NCBI GenBank assembly: GCA_047602425.1
Contig: JASGHG010000001.1
Span: forward strand, 4,160,001-4,224,000
Source of the DNA: Nibricoccus sp.
Lineage (GTDB): Bacteria > Verrucomicrobiota > Verrucomicrobiia > Opitutales > Opitutaceae
DNA: 64,000 bases
Reading direction: 5' to 3'
The position numbers were made by a program, and so were the translations under genes. Positions within the stretch are counted from its first letter, which is position 1, and each line of letters starts with the position of its first letter. Shown here piece by piece: positions 30,179 through 43,879 of the stretch. The notes under the pieces are model-generated. The model searched no databases and was not told where the DNA came from. It saw only the letters and a program-made list of their open reading frames with translations.

Positions 30179-30454
30179 TTACTTTCCCATTTCCGCGAGA
30201 TCGGCGCGGGCGATTTTCATCTCCTCCAAGATGCGTTGGGCGCGATCGAGCAATTGCAGGCCGGCCGGGGTCAATTTCACGCTGCGGCCGAGGCGGTCGA
30301 AAAGGCGGCAGTCCAATTCTTGCTCAAGCGATTTAATGGCATGGCTGACGGCCGATTGCGTAATGAAAAGTTCGCGGGCGGCATGTGTGAAGCTGCCTAC
30401 GCGAGCTAGTGTGGTAAAAGCTAGCAACTTCCGACTGTCGAGAATGGGAGTCAT
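30179..30454 (-). CDS. LysR-type HTH-only protein (no effector domain)
   Basis: GSFT.AA.EL.ITQSAVS..IK.LE.EL...LF.R.GR.V.LT.AG, then a stop at 91 aa. Confidence 0.85.
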   Translation of the reverse strand: MTPILDSRKLLAFTTLARVGSFTHAARELFITQSAVSHAIKSLEQELDCRLFDRLGRSVKLTPAGLQLLDRAQRILEEMKIARADLAEMGK

Positions 30455-30590
30455 GGCGATTTTTAGCCCGTTTGGCCGCCGTTCTATAGCAAGTGGCGAG
30501 CCACATGCGCCTCCGCATGAAAAGTGCTCATAGTTTTCCAGTACTTTCTTTACTGGGCCCGTCCTCGAAGCTGCGACGAGGAAATCCTTG

Positions 30591-31145
30591 TCAGCTTTTG
30601 CTCAGGTTGCGGGCGATCACGGCGCTTTTCAGGTGGTAATAATAGGCCAGTCCGCCCTGACAAAGAATCGTGGCAAGTCCCACCGAAAGGTAGGTTGTGC
30701 GCATGGCTTTTTTTATGAGTTCGCGAAATCCAGCCTGACTCAGCCCGAACGACTCCGCAAACGTCGTGGGTTCCATACCTTGTGCGCGTTGGGCGTCGTT
30801 GATCATGTTTTCGGCATTCGCCACGGCGGCCAAGACCGCCTTGGGGTTGTAATAAAAATACTGATACGCCGCGTAGCAGAGAATGACGGCCAGCAACACC
30901 AACTGACTTCGTACCAACCAGCGCACGCCAACAATTTCACCCGCTTGCAATTTCCGCCGACCGTTTAATTCCATCCCGCCGACCGCCGCCGCAAGTGCGC
31001 CGACCACTGCGCCCAGCCAGTCCAAACCGAAGGCCGAGATCAGTCCAAAACCGCCGGCGAGAACGACCAGCACGGTGCCGTCGATCGCTGCGATGCGCTG
31101 CACCCGTTTGAGCACTTCGGCAGGGAGGGGCGGGGGCTGGGACAT
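30591..31145 (-). CDS. Hypothetical membrane protein (about 4 TM)
   Basis: Several hydrophobic segments. Start set at the ATG at 31145 (MSQPPP) so it does not overlap hrpA. Confidence 0.75.
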   Translation of the reverse strand: MSQPPPLPAEVLKRVQRIAAIDGTVLVVLAGGFGLISAFGLDWLGAVVGALAAAVGGMELNGRRKLQAGEIVGVRWLVRSQLVLLAVILCYAAYQYFYYNPKAVLAAVANAENMINDAQRAQGMEPTTFAESFGLSQAGFRELIKKAMRTTYLSVGLATILCQGGLAYYYHLKSAVIARNLSKS

Positions 31146-31239
31146 GGTGGCGTTGTGGGACAAACCTGACGTTTTCACTTTCCGCCCGCCGCGCGTTGAT
31201 GACAAATTAAAACCTTTCCCTTCATCCGCCAGCCGCAAC

Positions 31240-35439
<4,200 letters not shown>

Positions 35440-35535
35440 GCGGGATTAACAGTTGAGATTAGAAGGCGAAATTAGGGGTTGTAGGCGCAGCGAATTCGTG
35501 GAAAATACCCGACAGTTAATTGACCCCTTCTTCCC

Positions 35536-35985
35536 ATGAACACCCCGATTGCAGTTTTGTTAAGTCATAAGGGAAATGCCGTGTTTTCCGTGACGGGCCG
35601 CGACACCGTGGCCGAGGCGGTTTGCGAGATGAGCAACCGTAATGTTGGATCTGTTGTTGTGTTAGAAAATGGCGAGTTGATTGGCCTGTTGACCGAGCGC
35701 GACGTGCTGACGCGGGTCGTGGCGGCGGGCCGGCAGCCGGATCTCACCTGTGTGGCCGACGTCATGACGCGCCACCCAATCATCGCTTCCCCGCGGGCGA
35801 CGGTGGAGGAAGTCATGAGCCTCTTCACCGAAAAACGCTGTCGTCAAATCCCAGTCGTCGACGAGGACTCGGGGCGCATGGTCGGCTTGATCTCGATCGG
35901 CGATGTGACGCGGTGGCTGGTCGAATCGCAGCGCAACGAAGTTCACCACTTGCGGCAGTACATCTCGGGTGGAATCAGCGGTTGA
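35536..35985 (+). CDS. CBS-domain protein
   Basis: Two CBS repeats (NVGSVVV...GLLTERD; IPVVD...GLISIGD). Confidence 0.92.
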   Translation: MNTPIAVLLSHKGNAVFSVTGRDTVAEAVCEMSNRNVGSVVVLENGELIGLLTERDVLTRVVAAGRQPDLTCVADVMTRHPIIASPRATVEEVMSLFTEKRCRQIPVVDEDSGRMVGLISIGDVTRWLVESQRNEVHHLRQYISGGISG

Positions 35986-36125
35986 GAAATCGCTTCCCCG
36001 CGCATTTGCGTTGGTATGAGGCCGGCGGATTTTTCCCGTCGGCCTGATTTTTTTCGCAGTTCGTTCACCATAAAAAACTGGCGTGGGAGCGTACTTTGCC
36101 TGCAAATGCCGCAACACTGCCGCTT

Positions 36126-36542
36126 ATGAACCTCGAAACCGCCAACCAACACATCAAAGCCTGCCGCGACCGCATGGACGTGCTCTATCAGAAGCCTGTC
36201 TTTGACGAATGGGTTGTGTTGAGCGTGATGCAGGGCAAGGCGGAGATCCGGGCGTATACCGGCCCACGCGCCGAAAAATTCAAGGCCGATCTGCACCGCG
36301 ATTCGGCGCCCTTGATGTCCCAAATGCAGGGCAATTATTACAGCGTCGGCGATTTCGAGTTCGTGGACAACGCCGGGGGCTCGCGCTATGACGCCTGTAT
36401 CCGCCTCGGACATACGCTCTATCTCCTCTGCAATAATACCTATGGCACGCTCGCCGCGCTCAGGGCGGATCCGCGTTGGCGCGAGGCGCAAAAACCCTTC
36501 GTGGATCTCACGGAAAAATTCCGCGCCGACCCCCTGGTCTGA
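36126..36542 (+). CDS. Conserved hypothetical protein
   Basis: 138-aa ORF with host-like codon usage (VFDEW, GDFEF, CNNT, W..AQ.PFV). Start set at the ATG at 36126. Confidence 0.75.
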   Translation: MNLETANQHIKACRDRMDVLYQKPVFDEWVVLSVMQGKAEIRAYTGPRAEKFKADLHRDSAPLMSQMQGNYYSVGDFEFVDNAGGSRYDACIRLGHTLYLLCNNTYGTLAALRADPRWREAQKPFVDLTEKFRADPLV

Positions 36543-36551
36543 TAATCTGTC

Positions 36552-36619
36552 TCTTTATCTTTCGTCTTTCTCTTTTCTTCTGAAAACATGGGGAGAAAGA
36601 GGAAAGGGAAAGATAAAGA
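36552..36619. repeat. Pyrimidine/purine inverted repeat between convergent genes
   Basis: tctttatctttcgtctttctcttttct ... agaaagaggaaagggaaagataaaga. Confidence 0.7.
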
Positions 36620-36629
36620 ATAAAGATCC

Positions 36630-37676
36630 TTACGCCCAAACATCCAGGCCGGCGATAACGAACCAGCCGTAAGCGGCCATGAGCAGCCAGCCGGCCCAGT
36701 GCGGCAGGCGACCGAGCGTGGCGATGACGAGGAAATGCAGTGCGGTCGCCGCGAGCAGGATCACGATGCCTGCACCAAAAAAGCCGGGCAGCGGAATTGG
36801 TTTAAATAGCGCATACAAGCCGACGCAGAGCGGAATGCAGATGTGTCCATCGCCGAGCTGCGACGAATAGACGATGTCCGCGCGACGTTTCCAACCGTAG
36901 TAAACCGCGAGCAGGGCGTTGGGCAGCACCATGAGCCAGCCGCTGAGCCAGCCGAGATTTTTTGCGCTGATGAAACCGGTTTTTTGGGCGGCGAGCCAGG
37001 TCATGAGCCAATCAAGGCTGATGTAAAGAAAAACGGCGCCGATCAAAAGTGCACCCAGATCCATGAAGAAGAAGGGAGAAAACGATTTTTTCTGACGGAC
37101 ATTGTGCTTCAGCACGTCGAAGACTTGGAAACACTGCCAGAACAGGAAAAGGCCCACGAGCACGAGGCCGTCGCCGAAATCGAGAAATCCATCCTGACCG
37201 AGAGCCCAGACCGCGCCGGAGAAAAACGCGACCGCAGCCATGGTCAGGAAGAGCGAGAGGCGGCTGAGACGTTGCTCGGTTTCGGCTTTTTCGAGTTTGG
37301 CGATGGCGGCCTTCTTGGGTTTCTTGCCTTTGCCTCCTTCGCCTGAGCCGGCGGAGACCGGGGAAAGGTTGAGGCCCCAAATCAGCGCCGGAATGGCGAG
37401 GACAAAGGTGAGATTGGTCGCGTTGTTGACGAGGCAGTTGGTCATCACCTCGATCGACTGGCCCTTGGATTGCAGGAGAATGAAGACGAAGATCAGGTTG
37501 CCCAGGCCGGAACAATACGGCATCACCAAAGTGCCAAGCGCGGTGCCTTCCAGGCCATGGTCGAGAAGCGCATTGAGCCGCCAGATCATCAGCAGCGATG
37601 CGCCGATAAAAAGCACGGAGAAGGTCAGCGGGTTGGCGAGCCCGAGCGCTTCGATGGCCTCAACAATGTTATTCAC
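36630..37676 (-). CDS. Na+/Ca2+ exchanger-like membrane protein (divergent)
   Basis: About 10 TMs in two halves with G...GTL.MP..S...N and GWL..LPN repeats; the GTG start overlaps the upstream ABC stop (GTGA). Confidence 0.6.
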   Translation of the reverse strand: MNNIVEAIEALGLANPLTFSVLFIGASLLMIWRLNALLDHGLEGTALGTLVMPYCSGLGNLIFVFILLQSKGQSIEVMTNCLVNNATNLTFVLAIPALIWGLNLSPVSAGSGEGGKGKKPKKAAIAKLEKAETEQRLSRLSLFLTMAAVAFFSGAVWALGQDGFLDFGDGLVLVGLFLFWQCFQVFDVLKHNVRQKKSFSPFFFMDLGALLIGAVFLYISLDWLMTWLAAQKTGFISAKNLGWLSGWLMVLPNALLAVYYGWKRRADIVYSSQLGDGHICIPLCVGLYALFKPIPLPGFFGAGIVILLAATALHFLVIATLGRLPHWAGWLLMAAYGWFVIAGLDVWA

Positions 37677-38491
37677 AGCGTACGTGAAGATAGGAGGGAG
37701 CGGGGCAGCGCAAGCCGCAAGTGTCCGCGGTTGCTCAGCAACCTCGCGGCAACGGCAAAGGTTTTGCCGAGCGATTGGCTGGTGAGGCTGGTTCGCCGCG
37801 GGCCGGCGATAACGACACGTCCCGCTCGCAACAGCAACGCGTGGGTGAAGGCAGGCGTAATTTCCTCGACGTGATGCGTGACGAGCACGAGCGATGGACA
37901 ACCGCGTTTTCGAGCCAGCCGCTCGATAAAGCCGAGAAAATGCTCGCGCGCGACCGGATCGAGGCCGGCGCACGGTTCGTCGAGGATGAGTAGTTCGGGT
38001 TTGGCCATGAGTGCGCGCGCAATGAGCACGCGCTGGCGTTCGCCCTGTGAGAGGCAGCCCCAGTCGCGCTCCGCCAGCCGGCTGAGACCGACGAGCGACA
38101 GCAGCCGCATGGCTTCGCGGGTGTCGGCACGGGTGATTTTGGCCCAGAGATCGAGTTGGGCAAATTTTCCGCTGATGACCGTTTCGATGACAGGTTCGGC
38201 GACGGGAATGGAGATTTGCAGCGAGGAGGAAACGAGCCCGATGCGTTCGCGCAGGTCGCGCCAATCGGTTTCCCCGTACACGCGGCCTAGCACGGCAATA
38301 TGGCCGGAGGAGGGCGTGAGGTAGCCGATCAAGGCGCGCAGAAGCGAAGTTTTGCCACTGCCGTTGGGACCGAGAATCACCCAATGCTGTTTACAGCCGA
38401 CCGTCCATGTAACAGCGTTCAGGATACGGGTCGAACCACGCACCACAGACAGGTTTTCAACGGACAGGACGGTTTGGCTTTGCTTTTTCAC
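37673..38491 (-). CDS. ABC transporter ATP-binding protein (ModF-like)
   Basis: GPNGSGKT, LSQGERQR, LLILDEP and VTHH. GTG start at 38491 is inferred. Confidence 0.9.
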   Translation of the reverse strand: MKKQSQTVLSVENLSVVRGSTRILNAVTWTVGCKQHWVILGPNGSGKTSLLRALIGYLTPSSGHIAVLGRVYGETDWRDLRERIGLVSSSLQISIPVAEPVIETVISGKFAQLDLWAKITRADTREAMRLLSLVGLSRLAERDWGCLSQGERQRVLIARALMAKPELLILDEPCAGLDPVAREHFLGFIERLARKRGCPSLVLVTHHVEEITPAFTHALLLRAGRVVIAGPRRTSLTSQSLGKTFAVAARLLSNRGHLRLALPRSLLSSRTL

Positions 38492-38613
38492 GAAGAATTC
38501 AGACTCGCTGGACAGGATGCGCTGGTCAATCGCGCCATCGTGCCTAACGTAGGTCTTCAATTGTCTGCATTTTAGCCGATTAGAAACCTAGCCTTTTTCA
38601 CTGCCACCTGCCG

Positions 38614-39789
38614 ATGCGTCTGTTCGTTCAGTTTTGCGTAATACTCGCCCTCGCGCTTCCGCTGCGCGCGGTGGAGTTTACCGTGCTGGTGTACAACGTC
38701 GAAAACTTGACCGCAGCCGACGGGCGTTCGCTTTCCGAGGACTACGCCGCGAAACGGTATTCGACGAGCCATCTTCTCACCAAGATGAACAACATCGCGA
38801 AGGTCGCCGCCCAATTTAACAACGGCGAGGGGCCCGACATCATCCTTTTTCAGGAAGTCGAAAGGGACTTCCAGCGCGATCAGTACCTTTTCGATCACGC
38901 GGGAATGCTGAAACATTTTGAAGACATGACGATCGAGCAAATGCTCGGTCACTACAATGCGAGGGAGATCGCGATGATTCCGGTCGAGGGACTTTTATTG
39001 AAAACGTTTTATGATCGCGGACTCCGCGGTTATCGCGTGGCCGCTTCTGATGACGCGGTTCAAACGAAGGAGCGCCGCCACATCGCTCACATCAATATCG
39101 TCTTTTCACGTTTCCCAATCGGTGCGGTCCACAGCTACATCGTGCCGGACATGCCGGCTTTGCTGGAGGTGCAGGTGCAGATCGGGCCGCATCCGCTTTA
39201 TCTTTTCAACAACCATTGGAAAGGTGACGCAATGGGTGCCTCGTCCGAAGAGGCTCGCGTGGACGCGGCGAAAGTTTTGCGCGATCGCATGAGTGAAATC
39301 TTCAGCGTCGACCCCAACGCGGACCTGATCCTTGCCGGTACTTTCAACTGTTTTTACAACCAAGGTCCGCGCTTTCGTTATGACAAAATCGCGCTGACCG
39401 ACGTGCTGGGCTCGCAAGGCGACAAACGCGCGCTCCGCAACCAGGCCGAACTCTACAATCTCTGGTACGAACTGCCGTCATCGCAGCGCGGCAGCGAGAA
39501 ATATCACGGTGTATGGAGCACCTTCATGCACATGCTCGTTTCGCGCGGGCTGTATGACTTTCGCGGCGTGCAATATGTCGATGGTTCGTTTGGCGTGGGA
39601 GAATTCCCCGGCCTCAACGCCGACGAACGCGGCGAACCGATCGGTTGGGACTATTCAGGCCTGAAGGGTTCGGGTTTTTCCACGCATTTCCCGCTTTATG
39701 CGAAATTCGTCACCGTGCGCCGAAACCGCCCGGACGTTTTTATGAATCTCAACCCGCCCAAATTCGACAAGGACGGCGTGAGAAAATAG
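38614..39789 (+). CDS. Exported endonuclease/exonuclease/phosphatase-fold protein (degenerate active site)
   Basis: Signal peptide; YNVENL, PDII.FQEVE, NHWK, GTFN and STHFP. Confidence 0.8.
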   Translation: MRLFVQFCVILALALPLRAVEFTVLVYNVENLTAADGRSLSEDYAAKRYSTSHLLTKMNNIAKVAAQFNNGEGPDIILFQEVERDFQRDQYLFDHAGMLKHFEDMTIEQMLGHYNAREIAMIPVEGLLLKTFYDRGLRGYRVAASDDAVQTKERRHIAHINIVFSRFPIGAVHSYIVPDMPALLEVQVQIGPHPLYLFNNHWKGDAMGASSEEARVDAAKVLRDRMSEIFSVDPNADLILAGTFNCFYNQGPRFRYDKIALTDVLGSQGDKRALRNQAELYNLWYELPSSQRGSEKYHGVWSTFMHMLVSRGLYDFRGVQYVDGSFGVGEFPGLNADERGEPIGWDYSGLKGSGFSTHFPLYAKFVTVRRNRPDVFMNLNPPKFDKDGVRK

Positions 39790-39803
39790 CGGTAGCGGGC
39801 GGC

Positions 39804-40565
39804 TTAGGATTCTGTAGAATCGTTTGCGTAGATGGCATGAAGGTCGTTGATGTAGGTTTTTATCCCTTCAGCGTAAGATCTATCGAAACGGGAGTATCCC
39901 CAGTGATCTTTTGTCCGAACTAGAATTTGAAACCGATCCACGTCCAGCTCGATCTGAGTCCATTTTTCACCCTGAAACTCCAAGACGTAATGGGTAGAAA
40001 AACGGGTGTTAGATTTCATTTTGGCGTATTCTTTTTCGAGCGTTTCTTCGGGCTCGATCCATTCAGTGACTTCATCGTCCCTCAGTGCGTTTCCGATGAG
40101 TTCATAAAGAAACTTTCGCGCAAATATATCCGAGGTGTTTGTCTTTTTCTGAATCAGAAATCCTTCATGTAGTTCGTCCCAAAGAATGCCGGCGAGTCGA
40201 GGTTCGACCGGGCCGGTTGCATCTACGGTCAGTATTTGAATTCTTGAGGCGCCAAGAATTGTATCCAAAAATAACAATACAGGGATGTCCTCCTGAAAAG
40301 GCGAAAGAGCAAAGAGGTGGCAGCCCCCACACATGAAGGGGTGGGGCAAACTCAAAGACGGTATTTCGTAAGCTATCTTTTTTAGCTTCGGCTCACATTG
40401 CTGCTGAAAGCGCTGTAATTTACTGCAGAGCCGGTCATTCCACTGTGCGCTTAGCGTCTCAGCCATATTCGCGAACTTCATTGGTTCGGTGGCTGCGCAG
40501 GTGGAAATACAGCCAAAGGCTAGCAGGAAAAGGGTGAAGCGTGGGGCGATGAATTTGCCGCTCAT
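39804..40565 (-). CDS. Hypothetical exported protein in AT-richer DNA
   Basis: 253-aa ORF with a signal-like N-terminus; composition differs visibly from its neighbours. Confidence 0.6.
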   Translation of the reverse strand: MSGKFIAPRFTLFLLAFGCISTCAATEPMKFANMAETLSAQWNDRLCSKLQRFQQQCEPKLKKIAYEIPSLSLPHPFMCGGCHLFALSPFQEDIPVLLFLDTILGASRIQILTVDATGPVEPRLAGILWDELHEGFLIQKKTNTSDIFARKFLYELIGNALRDDEVTEWIEPEETLEKEYAKMKSNTRFSTHYVLEFQGEKWTQIELDVDRFQILVRTKDHWGYSRFDRSYAEGIKTYINDLHAIYANDSTES

Positions 40566-40616
40566 TTAAACTGATAACGCCGTTGGGCCGGTTTTATTAA
40601 TCAGAAAGCCGAAGAA

Positions 40617-41396
40617 TCAGAAATCGGAGGAGTATTTTTTCAGGCCGGTCAGTTGGGCGAGGACACGCAGGACGAAAAGCGGGTTGTTTTTGAAGTAGCG
40701 CGGGCCGAGGCGGCGTGGTTCTGCGCACAGGCGCCAAACCCATTCGAAACCGCTACGTTGAATCCAACGGGGCGCTTGCCTAACGCGTCCGGAAAGAAAA
40801 TCGAAGGCTGCGCCAACGCCGAGCATTACGGGTACCGCCAATCGCTCAGAGTATTCCGCCATGAATGCCTCTTGTTTAGGCGTGCTCAGGCCGACCCAGA
40901 AAAAACTGGGGCGGAGCGTGCGTATTCGTTTTTCCAACTCGTCGGCTTCTTGCGCCGTAAGTGGCCGGAAGGGCGGAGTCTCCGTGCCGACAATTTTCAA
41001 GCCAAGAAACCGCGCGCTCAAACTGGCGGCGAGTGCATCGGCTGTGCCCGGGCCGCCGCCGTAGAAAAAATGCGTGAGCTCGGTGCCGGCGGTCACGCGG
41101 CAGACTTCAAGCACGAGATCGGGTCCATAGACGCGGCTGGTGGATTTGTGACCGGCACGTTTGCCTAACCAAACCAAAGGCATCCCATCAGGCGTGGTGA
41201 GGAAGGAACGATTGAGTCGCTCAAGATGGGCAGGATCACGTTGCGCGCACGACACGCTGTTGACGTCGCAAAAGCAGATATATTTCGCTGAGCCAGAATT
41301 CTCGCGGGCGGCGGAAATCACAAGGTCGCGCGCGAGCGGCAAATCGAGGGCATGCACGCCGACACCGAGGACATTGAAGCGTGGAGGGGAGGGCAT
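40617..41396 (-). CDS. WecB/TagA/CpsF-family glycosyltransferase
   Basis: PDGMPLVW, RVYGPDL, VGLSTPKQE, GVGAAFDF and EW.WRL..EPRRL..RY. Confidence 0.93.
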   Translation of the reverse strand: MPSPPRFNVLGVGVHALDLPLARDLVISAARENSGSAKYICFCDVNSVSCAQRDPAHLERLNRSFLTTPDGMPLVWLGKRAGHKSTSRVYGPDLVLEVCRVTAGTELTHFFYGGGPGTADALAASLSARFLGLKIVGTETPPFRPLTAQEADELEKRIRTLRPSFFWVGLSTPKQEAFMAEYSERLAVPVMLGVGAAFDFLSGRVRQAPRWIQRSGFEWVWRLCAEPRRLGPRYFKNNPLFVLRVLAQLTGLKKYSSDF

Positions 41397-41544
41397 GGTT
41401 GCGGCTTGGTGGAAAACGTTTGGCTGGATTCCCGTATGGTTGCAACTCCTCGGCAACAATGACGCCGCAAATCTTAACCTCTATGCACGACCAAAATCTT
41501 GCACCGCCTGTTCACGACAGTTTGCATGGCGGGGCATGCACCCA

Positions 41545-43077
41545 ATGAAATTCTATCCGCTTCTCGCGGTGCTTCTGGTGGCAGGACTGAAGCAACCGCA
41601 TTCCCTCTATTCCGCTGAGTCCAAGGATTCGGCCCCGCTTGTCTCCGCGACCGAGCGCAGCCCGCACTTCGCAGCGGTCAACAAACATCTGGAGCTCGGC
41701 GGCGAGCTCTTCGGCTACGCCGACGTCGACGGCGATCTGCAACTTTTCGCCACGCAGCTGCGGCGAATGGCGGACAGCATTGCCGAAACCCAGCCCATGG
41801 CTGGCGCAATGCTCCAGCAGGATTTTGGGAAGATCTTCGACGACCTCGGCCTGACTGATGTGAAGGCAATTGGCCTGAGTTCAGTGCGCGATGGCGCTGT
41901 AGGCTATCGAAATCGTGCGTTTTTCTACACACCAACCGGAAGACACGGGCTGTTGTCGGTCCTTGGTGGTTCGGCAGCTCCTTATGTGCACACCAAACTC
42001 GCACCGGCCAACGCCGATTTTTATGCGGAGGGAGAAGTTGATCTGCCTTCGGCCTACAAGGCGATCCGCGCTGTCTTGGTGCGCGTTGGCGGCGAGATGA
42101 CGGCTGCGATGGTCGACAATCAGCTGAAAAAAAGCGGCGCCGAGGCGGGCGTTTCCGCTTTGGACGTCATCCAGAGCCTGAAGGGCCGAAGCGTGTTGGT
42201 GCTGCGCCTCGATGCAGAGAAAAACGTCGCTCTGCCCACGCCCCAGCCAATCAATATCCCCGCGTTTTCGCTTTTGCTCCGCATCGACGGACTTGGCGCA
42301 ACGCTGGAAAAACTCCTGACCAGCGTGCCTCTTTTCGAGGTGAAACAGGAAGGTTCGCTGAAAACATTCACGCTGCAAATGCCACTGCCGATCGAAGGGC
42401 TTCAGCCCGTGCTGGCCATCGAAAATGGAGCTTTGTTTCTGGCGACTAGTCCGGCGTTTTTAAAGGAATGCCGTGAGCAGAAGGCCGGGCTTGAACAGAG
42501 TAAGGAATTTCAGCAGGCGCTGGGGCAAGTGGGACGCGAGGGCAATGGCCTGGCCTACATCAGCCCGAAGTTTTTCTCGCGTTTGCGCCACCTCGGAGCG
42601 ATCAACCCTGAAGCCGCTCCTGAAGCGAAACGTGTTTTCGCCATGCTCACTGACAACATTCCGGACATCAAACAACCGCTCGTCACGGCTCGCATCAATT
42701 TGCCCGACGGCATTCTTGTTCGCTCAGTTTCGACCCGTACGCTCAAGCCAACTTTGGCGGCTGTTGCGGTTTATAATCCCGTCACGCTCGGCGTGATCGC
42801 GGCGATGGCGATTCCGGCGTTTCAAAAAACAAAAGCGGCGTCGCAAGAGAAGACTGTGCAGAACAATCTCCGTCAGTTCGCGGCCGCCGCCCAGCAGTTC
42901 ATGCTGGAGAACGCGAAGAACGAAGCGAAGTACACGGACATCGTTGGCCCCGACAAAATTATTCCCGAGTTGAAACCGGTACTGGGCGAAGACTATACGA
43001 CGCTCGTGTTGAAAGACGGCGACGCTTCGATTTCCGTCACCACGGCGGACGGCAAGGAAATCAAACTCGACCTGTAA
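41545..43077 (+). CDS. Exported protein with a C-terminal pilin/pseudopilin-like domain
   Basis: Signal peptide, about 400-aa soluble domain, then GVIAAMAIPAFQK....Q...V.NNLRQ..AA..QF.LE. Start set at the ATG at 41545. Confidence 0.7.
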   Translation: MKFYPLLAVLLVAGLKQPHSLYSAESKDSAPLVSATERSPHFAAVNKHLELGGELFGYADVDGDLQLFATQLRRMADSIAETQPMAGAMLQQDFGKIFDDLGLTDVKAIGLSSVRDGAVGYRNRAFFYTPTGRHGLLSVLGGSAAPYVHTKLAPANADFYAEGEVDLPSAYKAIRAVLVRVGGEMTAAMVDNQLKKSGAEAGVSALDVIQSLKGRSVLVLRLDAEKNVALPTPQPINIPAFSLLLRIDGLGATLEKLLTSVPLFEVKQEGSLKTFTLQMPLPIEGLQPVLAIENGALFLATSPAFLKECREQKAGLEQSKEFQQALGQVGREGNGLAYISPKFFSRLRHLGAINPEAAPEAKRVFAMLTDNIPDIKQPLVTARINLPDGILVRSVSTRTLKPTLAAVAVYNPVTLGVIAAMAIPAFQKTKAASQEKTVQNNLRQFAAAAQQFMLENAKNEAKYTDIVGPDKIIPELKPVLGEDYTTLVLKDGDASISVTTADGKEIKLDL

Positions 43078-43725
43078 TCAGCCGGCGAAACGTTTGATCA
43101 GCTCGCCGAGCGTAAGTTCGGCGAGCGAACTGGCGACGAGGTCGGCCTGCGCGAAGTCGTGGTGGCGGGTGCAATTGTTCGGCACGGCCACGGCGCGCAG
43201 TCCGGCGCGTTTCGCGGCGATAACGCCGGCCTTGGAATCTTCAAAGGCGACGGCTTCGCCGGGCGGGATTCCGAGCGCGTCGATCACGGCGCGGTAAACG
43301 TCGGGTTCAGGTTTTCCGCGTGCGACATCGTCACGACAACGCGTGGTGGCGAAATATTCGAAAAGCCCAAGGCGTTGCAGATGACCGTCGACATGGCGGT
43401 GCGAAGAGTTGGAGGCGACGGCGAGTTTGAGACCCAGTTGGGTGGCCTCATCGAGACGTTCGCGAACGCCGGGTAACAAAGGCTGCTGGCGCGTGATCGC
43501 GCGGGTGAGAGTGCGGTGTTCGTCCTCGAGTTGTTGGCGATCAAAATGGGTGGGGAAGACGTGCCAAGGATCAAAGTCATGGTCGACTTCGCCAATCAGA
43601 TCGAGGGCCTGACGATGATCGCAGAGCAATCCGGCGCGGGTGTGCAGTTGCGCCCACGCCTCAATGATGGGCGATTCGGTGTCGAGGATCAGGCCGTCGA
43701 AATCGAAGATGAAAGCTCGAATCAT
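43078..43725 (-). CDS. HAD-superfamily phosphatase
   Basis: FDFDGLILDTE, VASNS, KPEPD and FEDS..G..AA..AG. Confidence 0.93.
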   Translation of the reverse strand: MIRAFIFDFDGLILDTESPIIEAWAQLHTRAGLLCDHRQALDLIGEVDHDFDPWHVFPTHFDRQQLEDEHRTLTRAITRQQPLLPGVRERLDEATQLGLKLAVASNSSHRHVDGHLQRLGLFEYFATTRCRDDVARGKPEPDVYRAVIDALGIPPGEAVAFEDSKAGVIAAKRAGLRAVAVPNNCTRHHDFAQADLVASSLAELTLGELIKRFAG

Positions 43726-43879
43726 GGTGTGCCTCCATCATCGGCCGATGGCGGGCGGTTGCACAAAACAAAATCGCGGCCGTCGTTGCCTTAAAGGCGC
43801 AAATCATCACCGTCTTTCACCAAGGTACGGCGACATTGCTTTGTGGCTGTACTGGTTAAGAATTTCAAACATTGCCTGT

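Noticed and set aside
37677..38384. N-terminal extension of the 584-aa ORF 36630-38384
   Set aside because: It overlaps the ABC ATPase in another frame; the membrane protein starts at GTG 37676.
41161..41544. N-terminal extension of ORF 41161-43077
   Set aside because: It overlaps the divergent TagA-family gene; the signal peptide begins at 41545.
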